From: a virus
Taxonomy: Duplodnaviria; Heunggongvirae; Uroviricota; Caudoviricetes
Direction: 5' to 3' (one strand)
Length of the DNA: 9,626 nucleotides
Virus record (IMG/VR): IMGVR_UViG_3300014749_000041
A model generated the notes under the pieces. It saw only the letters and a program-made list of their open reading frames with translations. It was not told the DNA's origin and searched no databases. The position numbers and the translations under genes are program-made. Positions 1 to 6,515 of this stretch are shown one piece after another. Position 1 is the stretch's first letter. Every line of letters begins with the position of its first letter.

Positions 1-487
1 CAGCGGTAACTTTTATCGGCTCTGGTTGTTCTGAATCTTCAGCGGTATCTACATTTTGCGGTAAGCCCGTGTATGTGCCATTTTTTCGGGCAAAATATTC
101 TTCTTTTGTGATTTCAGTGGCGCCAGCAGCCAGTGCCTTATCCAGACCAGAGAGTTTGTTTGCGCGACCGTATTTTTCTCCGTCCTTATCTGCGAAGAGG
201 AAATAGAACGGCCCCTCACGCTCTACAGATGGTTCAGCTTCCGGCGCGGTTTCATTTTTTGGGATATCAGATACCTCAGTTTCCACTGCATCAGTTTGTG
301 TTTCTGATGACTGGAGAACATCAACAGTGCCCAGGTCTGTTTCTTCATTCTCAAACACGCCCTTTGTCGTCAGGTATTCGCAGATATATTTGTTCAGTGC
401 TACGGGATCTTTGTGAATGTCGATCGGACGCTCACGGACAAGGCCAAAAATAGTTTGGCGGGCGTAGCGAAGGGCATCAGGCTGTTT
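1..487 (-). CDS. YdfE-like prophage protein, C-terminal continuation (partial, runs off window start)
   Basis: Minus-strand frame of about 162 codons with no stop and no Met from 487 down to position 1 (…KQPDALRYARQTIFGLVRERPIDIHKDPVALNKYICEYL…EPIKVTA), acidic and protein-like. It lies directly beyond the 10-N gap from the ydfE-like N-terminal ORF. Frame relation across the gap is unresolvable because gap length is unknown. Confidence 0.5.
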
Positions 488-1367
488 GCNNNNNNNNNNA
501 ACTGATGCATGCGCGGTCGTTGTCGATAACTTCTTTTTTTGCCCAGCGATGGATGCTGCCGTCAATGTTTCCGGCATCCACATCACTAGGCCAGAGAGCG
601 TAGGCCAGTTCGTCATCCAGTGTTTTCCATGTCTGCTTGTATTCGCGATGAATGGCAGCAATGACCGGGCTGATTTTTCCTGTTGAATTTTCAGTGTACT
701 GTTGATTGGCTCTGGCGCGGGCGAGATCAACAACAGACGTGTATTTTCCGGTTTCCTTGCGTTCACCTTCGCGACGTTTTTTCCAGATGCGCATCTCTGC
801 CTGAATTTCGGGCCATTTGGCACCAGGCTTACATTTATGCTTAACCCACCCGATGGCATGCAGCTTAAGCTCCGGATACATGGCGTTAACTTCTGGCATT
901 TTCATCAACGCTTCAACGATATGTCCGTCGAATGTTGCCATGTCTTCCTGCAACAATTCCTGCGCGCTAATCACCATATCAACGGTGATGTTTTCACATG
1001 TGTCGAACTTAACCATGACAGCGTTCTGTACTTCAGGGGCCAGCTTGTCAAAAGTGACGTTCATCGGATCGGATTCAGTCTCAACCGGGACAAAAGAAGC
1101 AGACTCCTCATCCCAGCGGTTTTCCTGCATATATTCAGCATCCCATGAATCGAGGGCAGGGCGGGGTATGCCAGGTTTATCCTCGCAGACAATAAATTTA
1201 TAAGCGCAGTCCTGAGCAGCCGGATAATGTTCCAGGAATTGCCAGTGAAATTTTGCTCGAGCACGGCGTTCGTCGCCAGCTTCAATGGCTGTGGCTACAG
1301 CCACAGCGCCTTCTTCCCTTGTTGCCAGTTCGTCAGGAATAGCGGCGCAAATAAAGACTTTACTCAT
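477..1367 (-). CDS. ydfE: YdfE-like prophage protein, N-terminal portion (function unknown)
   Basis: ATG at 1365-1367 (reverse complement) preceded by GAGG Shine-Dalgarno; product starts MSKVFICAAIPDELATREEGAVAVA…, matching my recollection of K-12 YdfE and its position after ydfD. As written the frame crosses N-run 490-499 and stops at 477-479; the true end is uncertain. Confidence 0.6.
   Translation of the reverse strand: MSKVFICAAIPDELATREEGAVAVATAIEAGDERRARAKFHWQFLEHYPAAQDCAYKFIVCEDKPGIPRPALDSWDAEYMQENRWDEESASFVPVETESDPMNVTFDKLAPEVQNAVMVKFDTCENITVDMVISAQELLQEDMATFDGHIVEALMKMPEVNAMYPELKLHAIGWVKHKCKPGAKWPEIQAEMRIWKKRREGERKETGKYTSVVDLARARANQQYTENSTGKISPVIAAIHREYKQTWKTLDDELAYALWPSDVDAGNIDGSIHRWAKKEVIDNDRACISXXXXQTA
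490..499. other. Run of 10 N (assembly/scaffold gap of unknown true length) inside the ydfE-like gene
   Basis: Literal N characters in the sequence; coding frames on the two sides are offset by one base. Confidence 0.9.
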
Positions 1368-1459
1368 TTGTTTTAACCTCATGACAGATTTAAGGATGAA
1401 CAAATCCCTGCCATTGCTGGCATATAAGAATGAAACCGGATATTTATTACGGAACTGTT

Positions 1460-1651
1460 TTAAAGACCTGCCGGGATTTCGATATTATCCTGGTGAATAA
1501 CTTTATCGACCGGGTAACAGTTACCGGGAATTTTCTGTTCGGTTGCTGCAGTCATACACTCCTGCATTGTCCTGTGAACACTGACTGCAATATCAACTGG
1601 CTCTCCGGAAACAAGAAAAACTGTCAGAACAAGCACAAATGCTGAATTCAT
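1460..1651 (-). CDS. ydfD: YdfD, small prophage lysis-associated protein (63 aa)
   Basis: 63-aa ORF MNSAFVLVLTVFLVSGEPVDIAVSVHRTMQECMTAATEQKIPGNCYPVDKVIHQDNIEIPAGL with hydrophobic N-terminus; its ATG overlaps the dicB stop (ATGA); length and order match K-12 Qin ydfD as recalled. Confidence 0.75.
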   Translation of the reverse strand: MNSAFVLVLTVFLVSGEPVDIAVSVHRTMQECMTAATEQKIPGNCYPVDKVIHQDNIEIPAGL

Positions 1652-1836
1652 TGTGCACATCCTTTTGGCATCAGACGTAAACGAGCCAGCATTGAAACAA
1701 TGCATATTTTATTTAATAGCTCCCGTTCTTGTTTTCTCTTGTTAATGGCATCTTCAGTAAATACAGGGTTACTGATAGTGACACCAATTTCAAAACAACC
1801 TTCAGACGTATTAACGTTTGGTAATAACGTTTTCAT
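1648..1836 (-). CDS. dicB: DicB, cell-division inhibitor (MinC-dependent), 62 aa
   Basis: 62-aa ORF MKTLLPNVNTSEGCFEIGVTISNPVFTEDAINKRKQERELLNKICIVSMLARLRLMPKGCAQ matches recalled DicB; lies downstream of dicF in the same operon. The 97-aa upstream extension in the ORF track was not used. Confidence 0.85.
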   Translation of the reverse strand: MKTLLPNVNTSEGCFEIGVTISNPVFTEDAINKRKQERELLNKICIVSMLARLRLMPKGCAQ

Positions 1837-2010
1837 TATCGCGTCCTCAACAATGAATTTTGTGATGCAGTGCCTGGTGCCTCCAGGTGACGTTAACCAG
1901 TTAACAATTAACGCCGGATACAGAGAATCCACCCATAACACTGTTTTTGGTTTTAACTGTTCCGCGTGCGCTCAGCCGCATTCACCACATCACAAAATTC
2001 ACTTTAAAAA

Positions 2011-2063
2011 GGGCGGCAGAGCAGTCACGGAGTAAAACTGATACCGCCAAACGTCACCAGAAA
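2011..2063 (-). ncRNA. dicF: DicF small regulatory RNA (ftsZ-targeting, Hfq-dependent sRNA)
   Basis: Reverse complement of 2011-2063 reads TTTCTGGTGACGTTTGGCGGTATCAGTTTTACTCCGTGACTGCTCTGCCGCCC, the 53-nt DicF sequence as I recall it, followed on the transcript by a U-run (TTTTTAAAGT). Sits between ydfC and dicB as in K-12. Confidence 0.8.
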
Positions 2064-2404
2064 ATTGATAACAGAGGGCGTTGCAGCGGGGTTGTCACTT
2101 AAGCGTATGGTCAACCTGACAACCCGGTGTCCTCAACGGGGGAAGGAATAACCCCGCCATACTTACCGCCGCGCCATTTCGCGGGTTGCCACAACCGGAA
2201 GCGCACGGTCGACGAAAATTTAACGACAGGCTATCTATGAACCAGCTACCTCGCCGTGCGCTTTCGCGTTATGGTCTGACTTTTCAGGGAAATATCCTTT
2301 CAGTAAACTGTCAGTGCCGGATGCTCACCCGTGTCCGGCGCACGCACTCCACCTCACCCGTGGAGAACTCCTTAATTACCAACCTTAGCTTCGTTGGTTA
2401 GCTA

Positions 2405-2623
2405 TTAACGCGGGTATGTAATCATTCTGGCAATGCTTAATGCCGCTGCTTTTTCCAGATTGGTGATATCCTGCTCCAGAGCGGACAGATTTTCAGCCTG
2501 CTTAGCCCTGGCTTCATTAGCCCATTTCAGATCCTGCGCTGCATTAATTTTCTGGCGCATCCACTCATAAAGTTCATCATCGGTATAGTCTGGCGCGATG
2601 ATGACGGGTTCTCGTTTCTGCAT
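2405..2623 (-). CDS. ydfC: YdfC, small prophage protein (72 aa)
   Basis: 72-aa ORF MQKREPVIIAPDYTDDELYEWMRQKINAAQDLKWANEARAKQAENLSALEQDITNLEKAAALSIARMITYPR; GAGGAA Shine-Dalgarno 5 nt upstream of the ATG; third gene of the ydfABC cluster. Confidence 0.8.
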   Translation of the reverse strand: MQKREPVIIAPDYTDDELYEWMRQKINAAQDLKWANEARAKQAENLSALEQDITNLEKAAALSIARMITYPR

Positions 2624-2652
2624 ACTGATTCCTCGCGGTGCTGTTTCGCTTA

Positions 2653-2781
2653 TCAGCCGTTAGATTTTGCCGAACTGGAAAGCGCCTGTTTAAACTCACT
2701 GAAGCTGAGAGCTTCTTCGCCTTCGGCAAGGCCTTCGAAGTATTCTTCGTAAGCCTTTTCCATGATTGTGTCAAAATCCAT
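2653..2781 (-). CDS. ydfB: YdfB, small prophage protein (42 aa)
   Basis: 42-aa ORF MDFDTIMEKAYEEYFEGLAEGEEALSFSEFKQALSSSAKSNG starting 1 nt after the ydfA stop. An in-frame upstream ATG at 2823 would give 56 aa but overlaps ydfA, so the short form is preferred. Confidence 0.65.
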   Translation of the reverse strand: MDFDTIMEKAYEEYFEGLAEGEEALSFSEFKQALSSSAKSNG

Positions 2782-2782
2782 A

Positions 2783-2938
2783 TCACTCACCTGAGTTTCT
2801 TTCCAGCCAGCGACGGGCACCATTTTCGGTTTTAAACGTTTTGCTTTTGGTATACGTCATTGCGGTGAACGTGCCGTCCTGGTTTGGAAACACGCCGTAC
2901 ACCAGAGATTCGTTGTTGCCAAGATCGATAGTATCCAT
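2783..2938 (-). CDS. ydfA: YdfA, small prophage protein (51 aa)
   Basis: 51-aa ORF MDTIDLGNNESLVYGVFPNQDGTFTAMTYTKSKTFKTENGARRWLERNSGE with GAGGT Shine-Dalgarno 4 nt upstream; first gene downstream of dicA in the same orientation. The longer 77-aa start at 3016 was rejected. Confidence 0.7.
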   Translation of the reverse strand: MDTIDLGNNESLVYGVFPNQDGTFTAMTYTKSKTFKTENGARRWLERNSGE

Positions 2939-3015
2939 GCTGACCTCATTTCCCCTTAACGCTGGGGTAGCGGAACTGTTTGCTGAGAACACCGTGCGGT
3001 GTGTTGATGCAAACA

Positions 3016-3072
3016 AGATTAGCCATGACTAACATATCGGTCAAGTGATTTTGTATGCTATAGCTAACATAA
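3016..3072 (-). promoter_or_regulatory. Candidate promoter/operator of the ydfABC-dicF-dicB operon (dicB promoter, DicA-repressed)
   Basis: On the minus strand: -35 TTGACC (plus 3039-3044), 17-nt spacer, -10 TAATCT (plus 3016-3021). The spacer contains ATGACTAACA (3025-3034), identical to a 10-mer in the dicA-dicC operator palindrome; a related GCTATAGCTAACATAA sits at 3057-3072. Confidence 0.3.
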
Positions 3073-3082
3073 TTGATGTGGT

Positions 3083-3113
3083 AAAAGATAACTCATTGAT
3101 GATGTTATCTTTT
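3083..3113 (-). terminator. AT-rich hairpin overlapping the dicA stop codon (possible weak terminator or binding site)
   Basis: Inverted repeat AAAAGATAAC (3083-3092) / GTTATCTTTT (3104-3113) with 11-nt loop, followed on the dicA transcript by a short U-run. The stem is AU-rich, so termination efficiency is doubtful. Confidence 0.2.
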
Positions 3114-3512
3114 ATTTGTCCGCTGACGGGCTTTTAGTAATTCTTCAAAGAGTTTATTGAAGTTTTTTACTCGAGCTCGCATTTCGGCGAGCTGGGTATC
3201 CTGTTCTGATTCTGGCAGTGCATTAAACAGCTCAAGGAGCTCTAGTTCTTTGGGGGATAAGGCAACTGGCTTCTCAACAGGTGGTGTTGGTTGCTTGTCT
3301 TCATCGCCAAATAGAATCCATGTTGGTGAGCATTGCAATACTTTGCTGAGGGCAAAAAGGTTCTTCCCTGTAGGTTCACTATCACCCCGTTCCCATTGTG
3401 ATACAGACACATGGGAGATTTTCAGGGCTTTAGCAAGAGACCTTTGGGTGTGTTTGAGGTTTTTCCGACGATACCTGATGCGTTCGCCGATAGTTAAATT
3501 TTTTGTTTCCAT
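3105..3512 (-). CDS. dicA: DicA, HTH (XRE/cI-like) repressor of the dic division-inhibition operon
   Basis: 135-aa ORF METKNLTIGERIRYRRKNLKHTQRSLAKALKISHVSVSQWERGDSEPTGKNLFALSKVLQCSPTWILFGDEDK…; classic HTH_XRE signature (QxxLAxxLxxSxxxVSQWERG); divergent from dicC. Confidence 0.9.
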   Translation of the reverse strand: METKNLTIGERIRYRRKNLKHTQRSLAKALKISHVSVSQWERGDSEPTGKNLFALSKVLQCSPTWILFGDEDKQPTPPVEKPVALSPKELELLELFNALPESEQDTQLAEMRARVKNFNKLFEELLKARQRTNKR

Positions 3513-3595
3513 AGTTAGCTAATGCTAAATCGTATTGACTATGTTTTTGTTAACATCTATCTTGTTAGTTATGACTAACAATAAAGGTGTTTTAA
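3513..3595. promoter_or_regulatory. dicA-dicC divergent promoter/operator region
   Basis: 83-bp intergenic region with perfect palindrome TGTTAGT-TATG-ACTAACA (3563-3580), self-complementary TTAGCTAA (3515-3522) and TGTTAACA (3548-3555). Candidate dicC promoter: -35 TTGACT 3535-3540, -10 TATCTT 3558-3563; AAAGGTG Shine-Dalgarno before dicC ATG. Confidence 0.5.
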
Positions 3596-3826
3596 ATGCT
3601 TAAAACTGACGCTCTTTTGTATTTCGGTTCAAAAACAAAACTTGCACAAGCAGCAGGTATTCGTTTGGCTTCGCTTTATAGCTGGAAAGGGGATTTAGTT
3701 CCCGAAGGTCGCGCGATGCGTCTACAGGAGGCATCTGGCGGGGAGCTTCAGTATGATCCCAAAGTTTATGATGAATATCGTAAGACGAAGCGGGCGGGGC
3801 GTTTGAACAATGAAAATCACTCCTGA
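3596..3826 (+). CDS. dicC: DicC, Cro-like small regulator
   Basis: 76-aa ORF MLKTDALLYFGSKTKLAQAAGIRLASLYSWKGDLVPEGRAMRLQEASGGELQYDPKVYDEYRKTKRAGRLNNENHS, divergent from dicA; matches recalled DicC length and sequence. Confidence 0.85.
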   Translation: MLKTDALLYFGSKTKLAQAAGIRLASLYSWKGDLVPEGRAMRLQEASGGELQYDPKVYDEYRKTKRAGRLNNENHS

Positions 3827-4331
3827 ACAGGCTCGTGAGGCTCTGGATGCCTGGATATGTCGACCAGGAATGACACAGGAGCAGGCGACGATATTAATCA
3901 CTGAAGCATTCTGGGCTTTGAAAGAGCGCCCGAACATCGATGTTCAGCGTGTCACATATGAAGGTGGCGCGATTGATCAGCGAGCGCTTGGCGTTAATCG
4001 AGTGAAGATATTCGAACGCTGGAAGGCTATCGACACCAGGGATAAGCGTGAAAAGTTCACGGCGCTAGTGCCTGCAATTATGGAGGCTATCCGGATTAAT
4101 GATTTCAGGTTGTATCGTGAAATTACTGACGGAAAAAGCATCACGTGCATGATCGCCGGGTTAAACAAAGAATATGGCGATGTGGTGGAGTCCGGACTGC
4201 TTTTTGCTGATCCTGCCGTAGTGGATCGTGAAACTGACGAACTTATAGAAAAAGCAATTGCTTTCAAACTTGCGTATCGACAGCAATACCAACAAAAAGC
4301 TGGATGGAATTATGAGCCTTCTTTTTGCTGA
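3810..4331 (+). CDS. YdaT-family (CII-position) prophage regulatory protein, 173 aa
   Basis: ATG at 3810 overlaps the dicC 3' end by 17 nt. It occupies the cII position after the cro-like gene and loosely resembles Rac YdaT as I recall it (…WKAIDTRDKREKFTALVPAIMEAIR…). Family assignment is from memory and position only. Confidence 0.6.
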   Translation: MKITPEQAREALDAWICRPGMTQEQATILITEAFWALKERPNIDVQRVTYEGGAIDQRALGVNRVKIFERWKAIDTRDKREKFTALVPAIMEAIRINDFRLYREITDGKSITCMIAGLNKEYGDVVESGLLFADPAVVDRETDELIEKAIAFKLAYRQQYQQKAGWNYEPSFC

Positions 4332-5277
4332 ACGCCCACTGGTTATAAACACGCAGCTGGCAATGAAAATTGGCTTAAACGAAGCCATTGTTTTGCAACA
4401 ACTGCACTACTGGTTGAGAGATACCAACTCCGGCATGGAATGTGATGGTGTTCGCTGGATTTACAACACAACGGAACAATGGCTGGAACAGTTCCCATTC
4501 TGGTCAGAGTCAACGTTAAAGCGCGCGTTTGCAAGTCTGAAAACGCTGGGGCTTTTGCGTTGTGAAAAGCTCAATAAATCAAAGCGCGATATGACCAATT
4601 TCTACACGATCAACTATGGGAGCGAGCTTTTAGATGGTGGCAAATTGAGCGAATCCATCGGTTCAAAATGCGCCGCTCCATCAGGTCAAAATGACACGAT
4701 GGAAGAGGTCAAAATGAAACGCTCCATTGGTTCAAAACGACCCAATGTCATCGGGTCAAAATGGCCTGATGATCTTACAGAGAATACAACAGAGATTACT
4801 ACAGAGAATAAAAACACTTTTCGTCCGGAAGCTTCGCAACCGGACCCGCAGACGACTGAACAGGATTTTTTAACCCGGAACTCCGACGCGGTTGTGTTTA
4901 GTGCGAAAAAACGCCAGTGGGGTAGCAGGGAGGATTTGGCGTGTGCGCAGTGGATCTGGGGGCGGATCGTGGGTCTCTACGAACAGGCAGCCAGTGATGA
5001 TGGCGAGATCATGCGACCAAAAGAGCCTAACTGGACTGCCTGGGCCAATGACGTGCGCACAATGCGGATGCTGGATGGCAGAAGCCACAGACAAATTTGC
5101 GAAATGTTTGGTCGGGTTCAGCGAGATCCATTCTGGGTAAAAAACATCATGAGCCCGTCAAAGCTCCGCGAAAAATGGGACGAACTGGTCATCCGCCTGG
5201 GACGTTCACCTGTACAGCGTTGTGTTAATCATATTTCTGAACCGGATACAGAAATTCCGCCTGGTTTCAGAGGATAA
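4312..5277 (+). CDS. Phage replication initiator (O-like) with DnaT-like C-terminal domain; contains the origin iterons
   Basis: ATG at 4312 overlaps the preceding stop by 20 nt; the TTG at 4258 in the ORF track was not used. C-terminus …VNHISEPDTEIPPGFRG resembles the E. coli DnaT C-terminus (…VSEPDSQIPPGFRG) as recalled. The mid-gene linker is encoded by a direct-repeat array. Confidence 0.75.
   Translation: MSLLFAERPLVINTQLAMKIGLNEAIVLQQLHYWLRDTNSGMECDGVRWIYNTTEQWLEQFPFWSESTLKRAFASLKTLGLLRCEKLNKSKRDMTNFYTINYGSELLDGGKLSESIGSKCAAPSGQNDTMEEVKMKRSIGSKRPNVIGSKWPDDLTENTTEITTENKNTFRPEASQPDPQTTEQDFLTRNSDAVVFSAKKRQWGSREDLACAQWIWGRIVGLYEQAASDDGEIMRPKEPNWTAWANDVRTMRMLDGRSHRQICEMFGRVQRDPFWVKNIMSPSKLREKWDELVIRLGRSPVQRCVNHISEPDTEIPPGFRG
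4655..4765 (+). repeat. Iteron array (five direct repeats of about 11 bp, 22-24 bp spacing) - candidate replication origin
   Basis: Cores GGTTCAAAATG (4660-4670), GGTCAAAATGA (4684-4694), GGTCAAAATGA (4707-4717), GGTTCAAAACG (4729-4739), GGGTCAAAATG (4753-4763); spacing is close to two helical turns. Located inside the initiator gene as in ori-lambda. Confidence 0.65.
4777..4812 (+). repeat. Three tandem A-rich 12-mers next to the iterons (candidate DNA-unwinding element)
   Basis: ACAGAGAATACA (4777-4788), ACAGAGATTACT (4789-4800), ACAGAGAATAAA (4801-4812), immediately 3' of the iteron array. Confidence 0.5.
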
Positions 5278-5317
5278 GTGTTGATTTCAGGTCATGAGGT
5301 AATTTTAAGGGGGACTT

Positions 5318-5740
5318 GTGGCAAAAGTTTTTACACAAGAAGAGCGGGAAAAAATTAAATGGCAGGTGGTGGAACTCGTGCGCCAGAGCGGCCGTGAGAC
5401 GTTACGGCAACTGGAAGCTAAAACAGGTGCGACTAGATATCTGATGAGCGTTCTTGCCAGAGAGCGGGTAGCCAGTGGCGATGTATACAACTCCGGCTAC
5501 GGGTTATTCCCCTCTGAACAGGCGCGTAAGGACTGGCAAAACGCCCGCAAAAAACTCTCGAGGGCAAAGGTGAAGAAACCTGCTGTGGTTGATCCGGACC
5601 TTATCTGGTCATCACCTGACGGAGAAATACGTCGCTACGACAGTCGCCTAAACATAATCTGTCGCGAGTGCCGGAAGAGCGAAGTTATGCAGCGCATACT
5701 GGCTTTCTATCAGGGTAATTTTCAGGACGTGGCGCAGTGA
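5318..5740 (+). CDS. Ren-like protein (lambda Ren family), 140 aa
   Basis: GTG start at 5318 with AAGGGGG Shine-Dalgarno 4 nt upstream. C-terminal …ICRECRKSEVMQRILAFYQG resembles lambda Ren (…KECRQSAAMKRVLAVYGV…) as recalled; it follows the replication gene as ren follows O/P in lambda. Confidence 0.6.
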   Translation: MAKVFTQEEREKIKWQVVELVRQSGRETLRQLEAKTGATRYLMSVLARERVASGDVYNSGYGLFPSEQARKDWQNARKKLSRAKVKKPAVVDPDLIWSSPDGEIRRYDSRLNIICRECRKSEVMQRILAFYQGNFQDVAQ

Positions 5741-6093
5741 GTGCACCGGCAACCATTCTTGATATGTGCTGTGGCAGCCGCATGTTCTGGTTCGATAAGT
5801 CTGACGAACGGGCGATATTCAGCGATATCAGAAAAGAAGGATACACATTACGCAATGGGAGACGCTTGATTATCAGCCCTGACATTATCGCAGATTTTCG
5901 TGCATTATCATTTGCAGACGCATCTTTTTCGATGGTTGTATTAGACCCTCCGCATCTTGAGAGTGTTGGTGATAACGCCTGGATGGGAAAGAAATATGGA
6001 CGGCTGAATAAAGATGCCTGGCGTGATGATTCGCGACAGAGATTTAAAGAAGCCTTTCGGGTGTTGAGGCCGCACGGCGTTCTGATTTTTTAA
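5737..6093 (+). CDS. SAM-dependent amino-methyltransferase (DPPH motif), probably C-terminally truncated
   Basis: GTG start overlaps the upstream stop (GTGA). Motif I-like ILDMCCGSRMF, acidic beta-2 IFSDI, motif IV VVLDPPH and beta-5-like RVLRPHGVLIF are present. The ORF stops at TAA 6094-6096 but the same frame continues WNETQIPVSQILALTDRKPVICQRTGKKR. Confidence 0.55.
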   Translation: MSAPATILDMCCGSRMFWFDKSDERAIFSDIRKEGYTLRNGRRLIISPDIIADFRALSFADASFSMVVLDPPHLESVGDNAWMGKKYGRLNKDAWRDDSRQRFKEAFRVLRPHGVLIF

Positions 6094-6515
6094 TGGAATG
6101 AAACGCAAATACCGGTAAGCCAGATTCTGGCACTGACAGACAGAAAACCTGTTATCTGTCAACGAACAGGGAAAAAACGATAAAACCCACTGGATTATTT
6201 TTATGAAAGAGGCATCCAGTGAGTAGATTCGTAAGGCTACAGATACGTATATCTGAATAATTAAATTCAGTTCTGTAAATAAAATTTAATCCTTAACCGG
6301 ATGGATTTCTGCACCCTCAGAACATCAGGAGGCCGCCCGAAAGGGCGGTAGTGAAATGCGAAAGTTCAAAATTATTATTGAAACGGGAATAGCTGGTGGA
6401 GATTTTGAGGATGTATTCGAAGTGGACGATGACGCAACACCTGAGGAAATTCATGACGGAGCATAAGAAATTTTCTTTAACTACTGCAATTACTCATACC
6501 ACGAAATAAAAGACG

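Noticed and set aside
133-453. Plus-strand 106-aa ORF
   Set aside because: Lies antisense to a long, clearly protein-like minus-strand frame (ydfE-like continuation); no ribosome-binding site; composition looks like a shadow ORF.
490-499. N-runs (also 7726-7735) as biological features or as evidence of IS2 at the K-12 ydfE position
   Set aside because: Ten-N blocks are typical scaffolding placeholders; flanking sequence does not resemble IS2 termini; treated as assembly gaps of unknown length.
486-1203. Plus-strand ORFs 486-686, 702-1148 and 817-1203
   Set aside because: All are antisense shadows of the ydfE-like gene; one spans the N-run; none has a convincing start context.
1061-1285. Minus-strand 74-aa ORF inside the ydfE region
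   Set aside because: Out-of-frame overlap with the much longer ydfE-like frame on the same strand; low-complexity product.
1648-1941. Longer 97-aa version of dicB starting at 1941
   Set aside because: DicB is 62 aa as I recall it; the 5' extension would run into the DicF terminator region and has no ribosome-binding site.
2186-2401. Plus-strand 71-aa ORF between dicF and ydfC
   Set aside because: Antisense to the operon transcript in the DicF precursor spacer; Arg-rich low-complexity product; more likely secondary-structure-rich UTR.
4258-4311. TTG start at 4258 for the replication initiator (339-aa version)
   Set aside because: Rare start codon lying deep inside the upstream gene; the ATG at 4312 gives a conventional overlapping-coupled start.
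5941-6162. Minus-strand 73-aa ORF
   Set aside because: Antisense to the methyltransferase gene, no start context; likely spurious.
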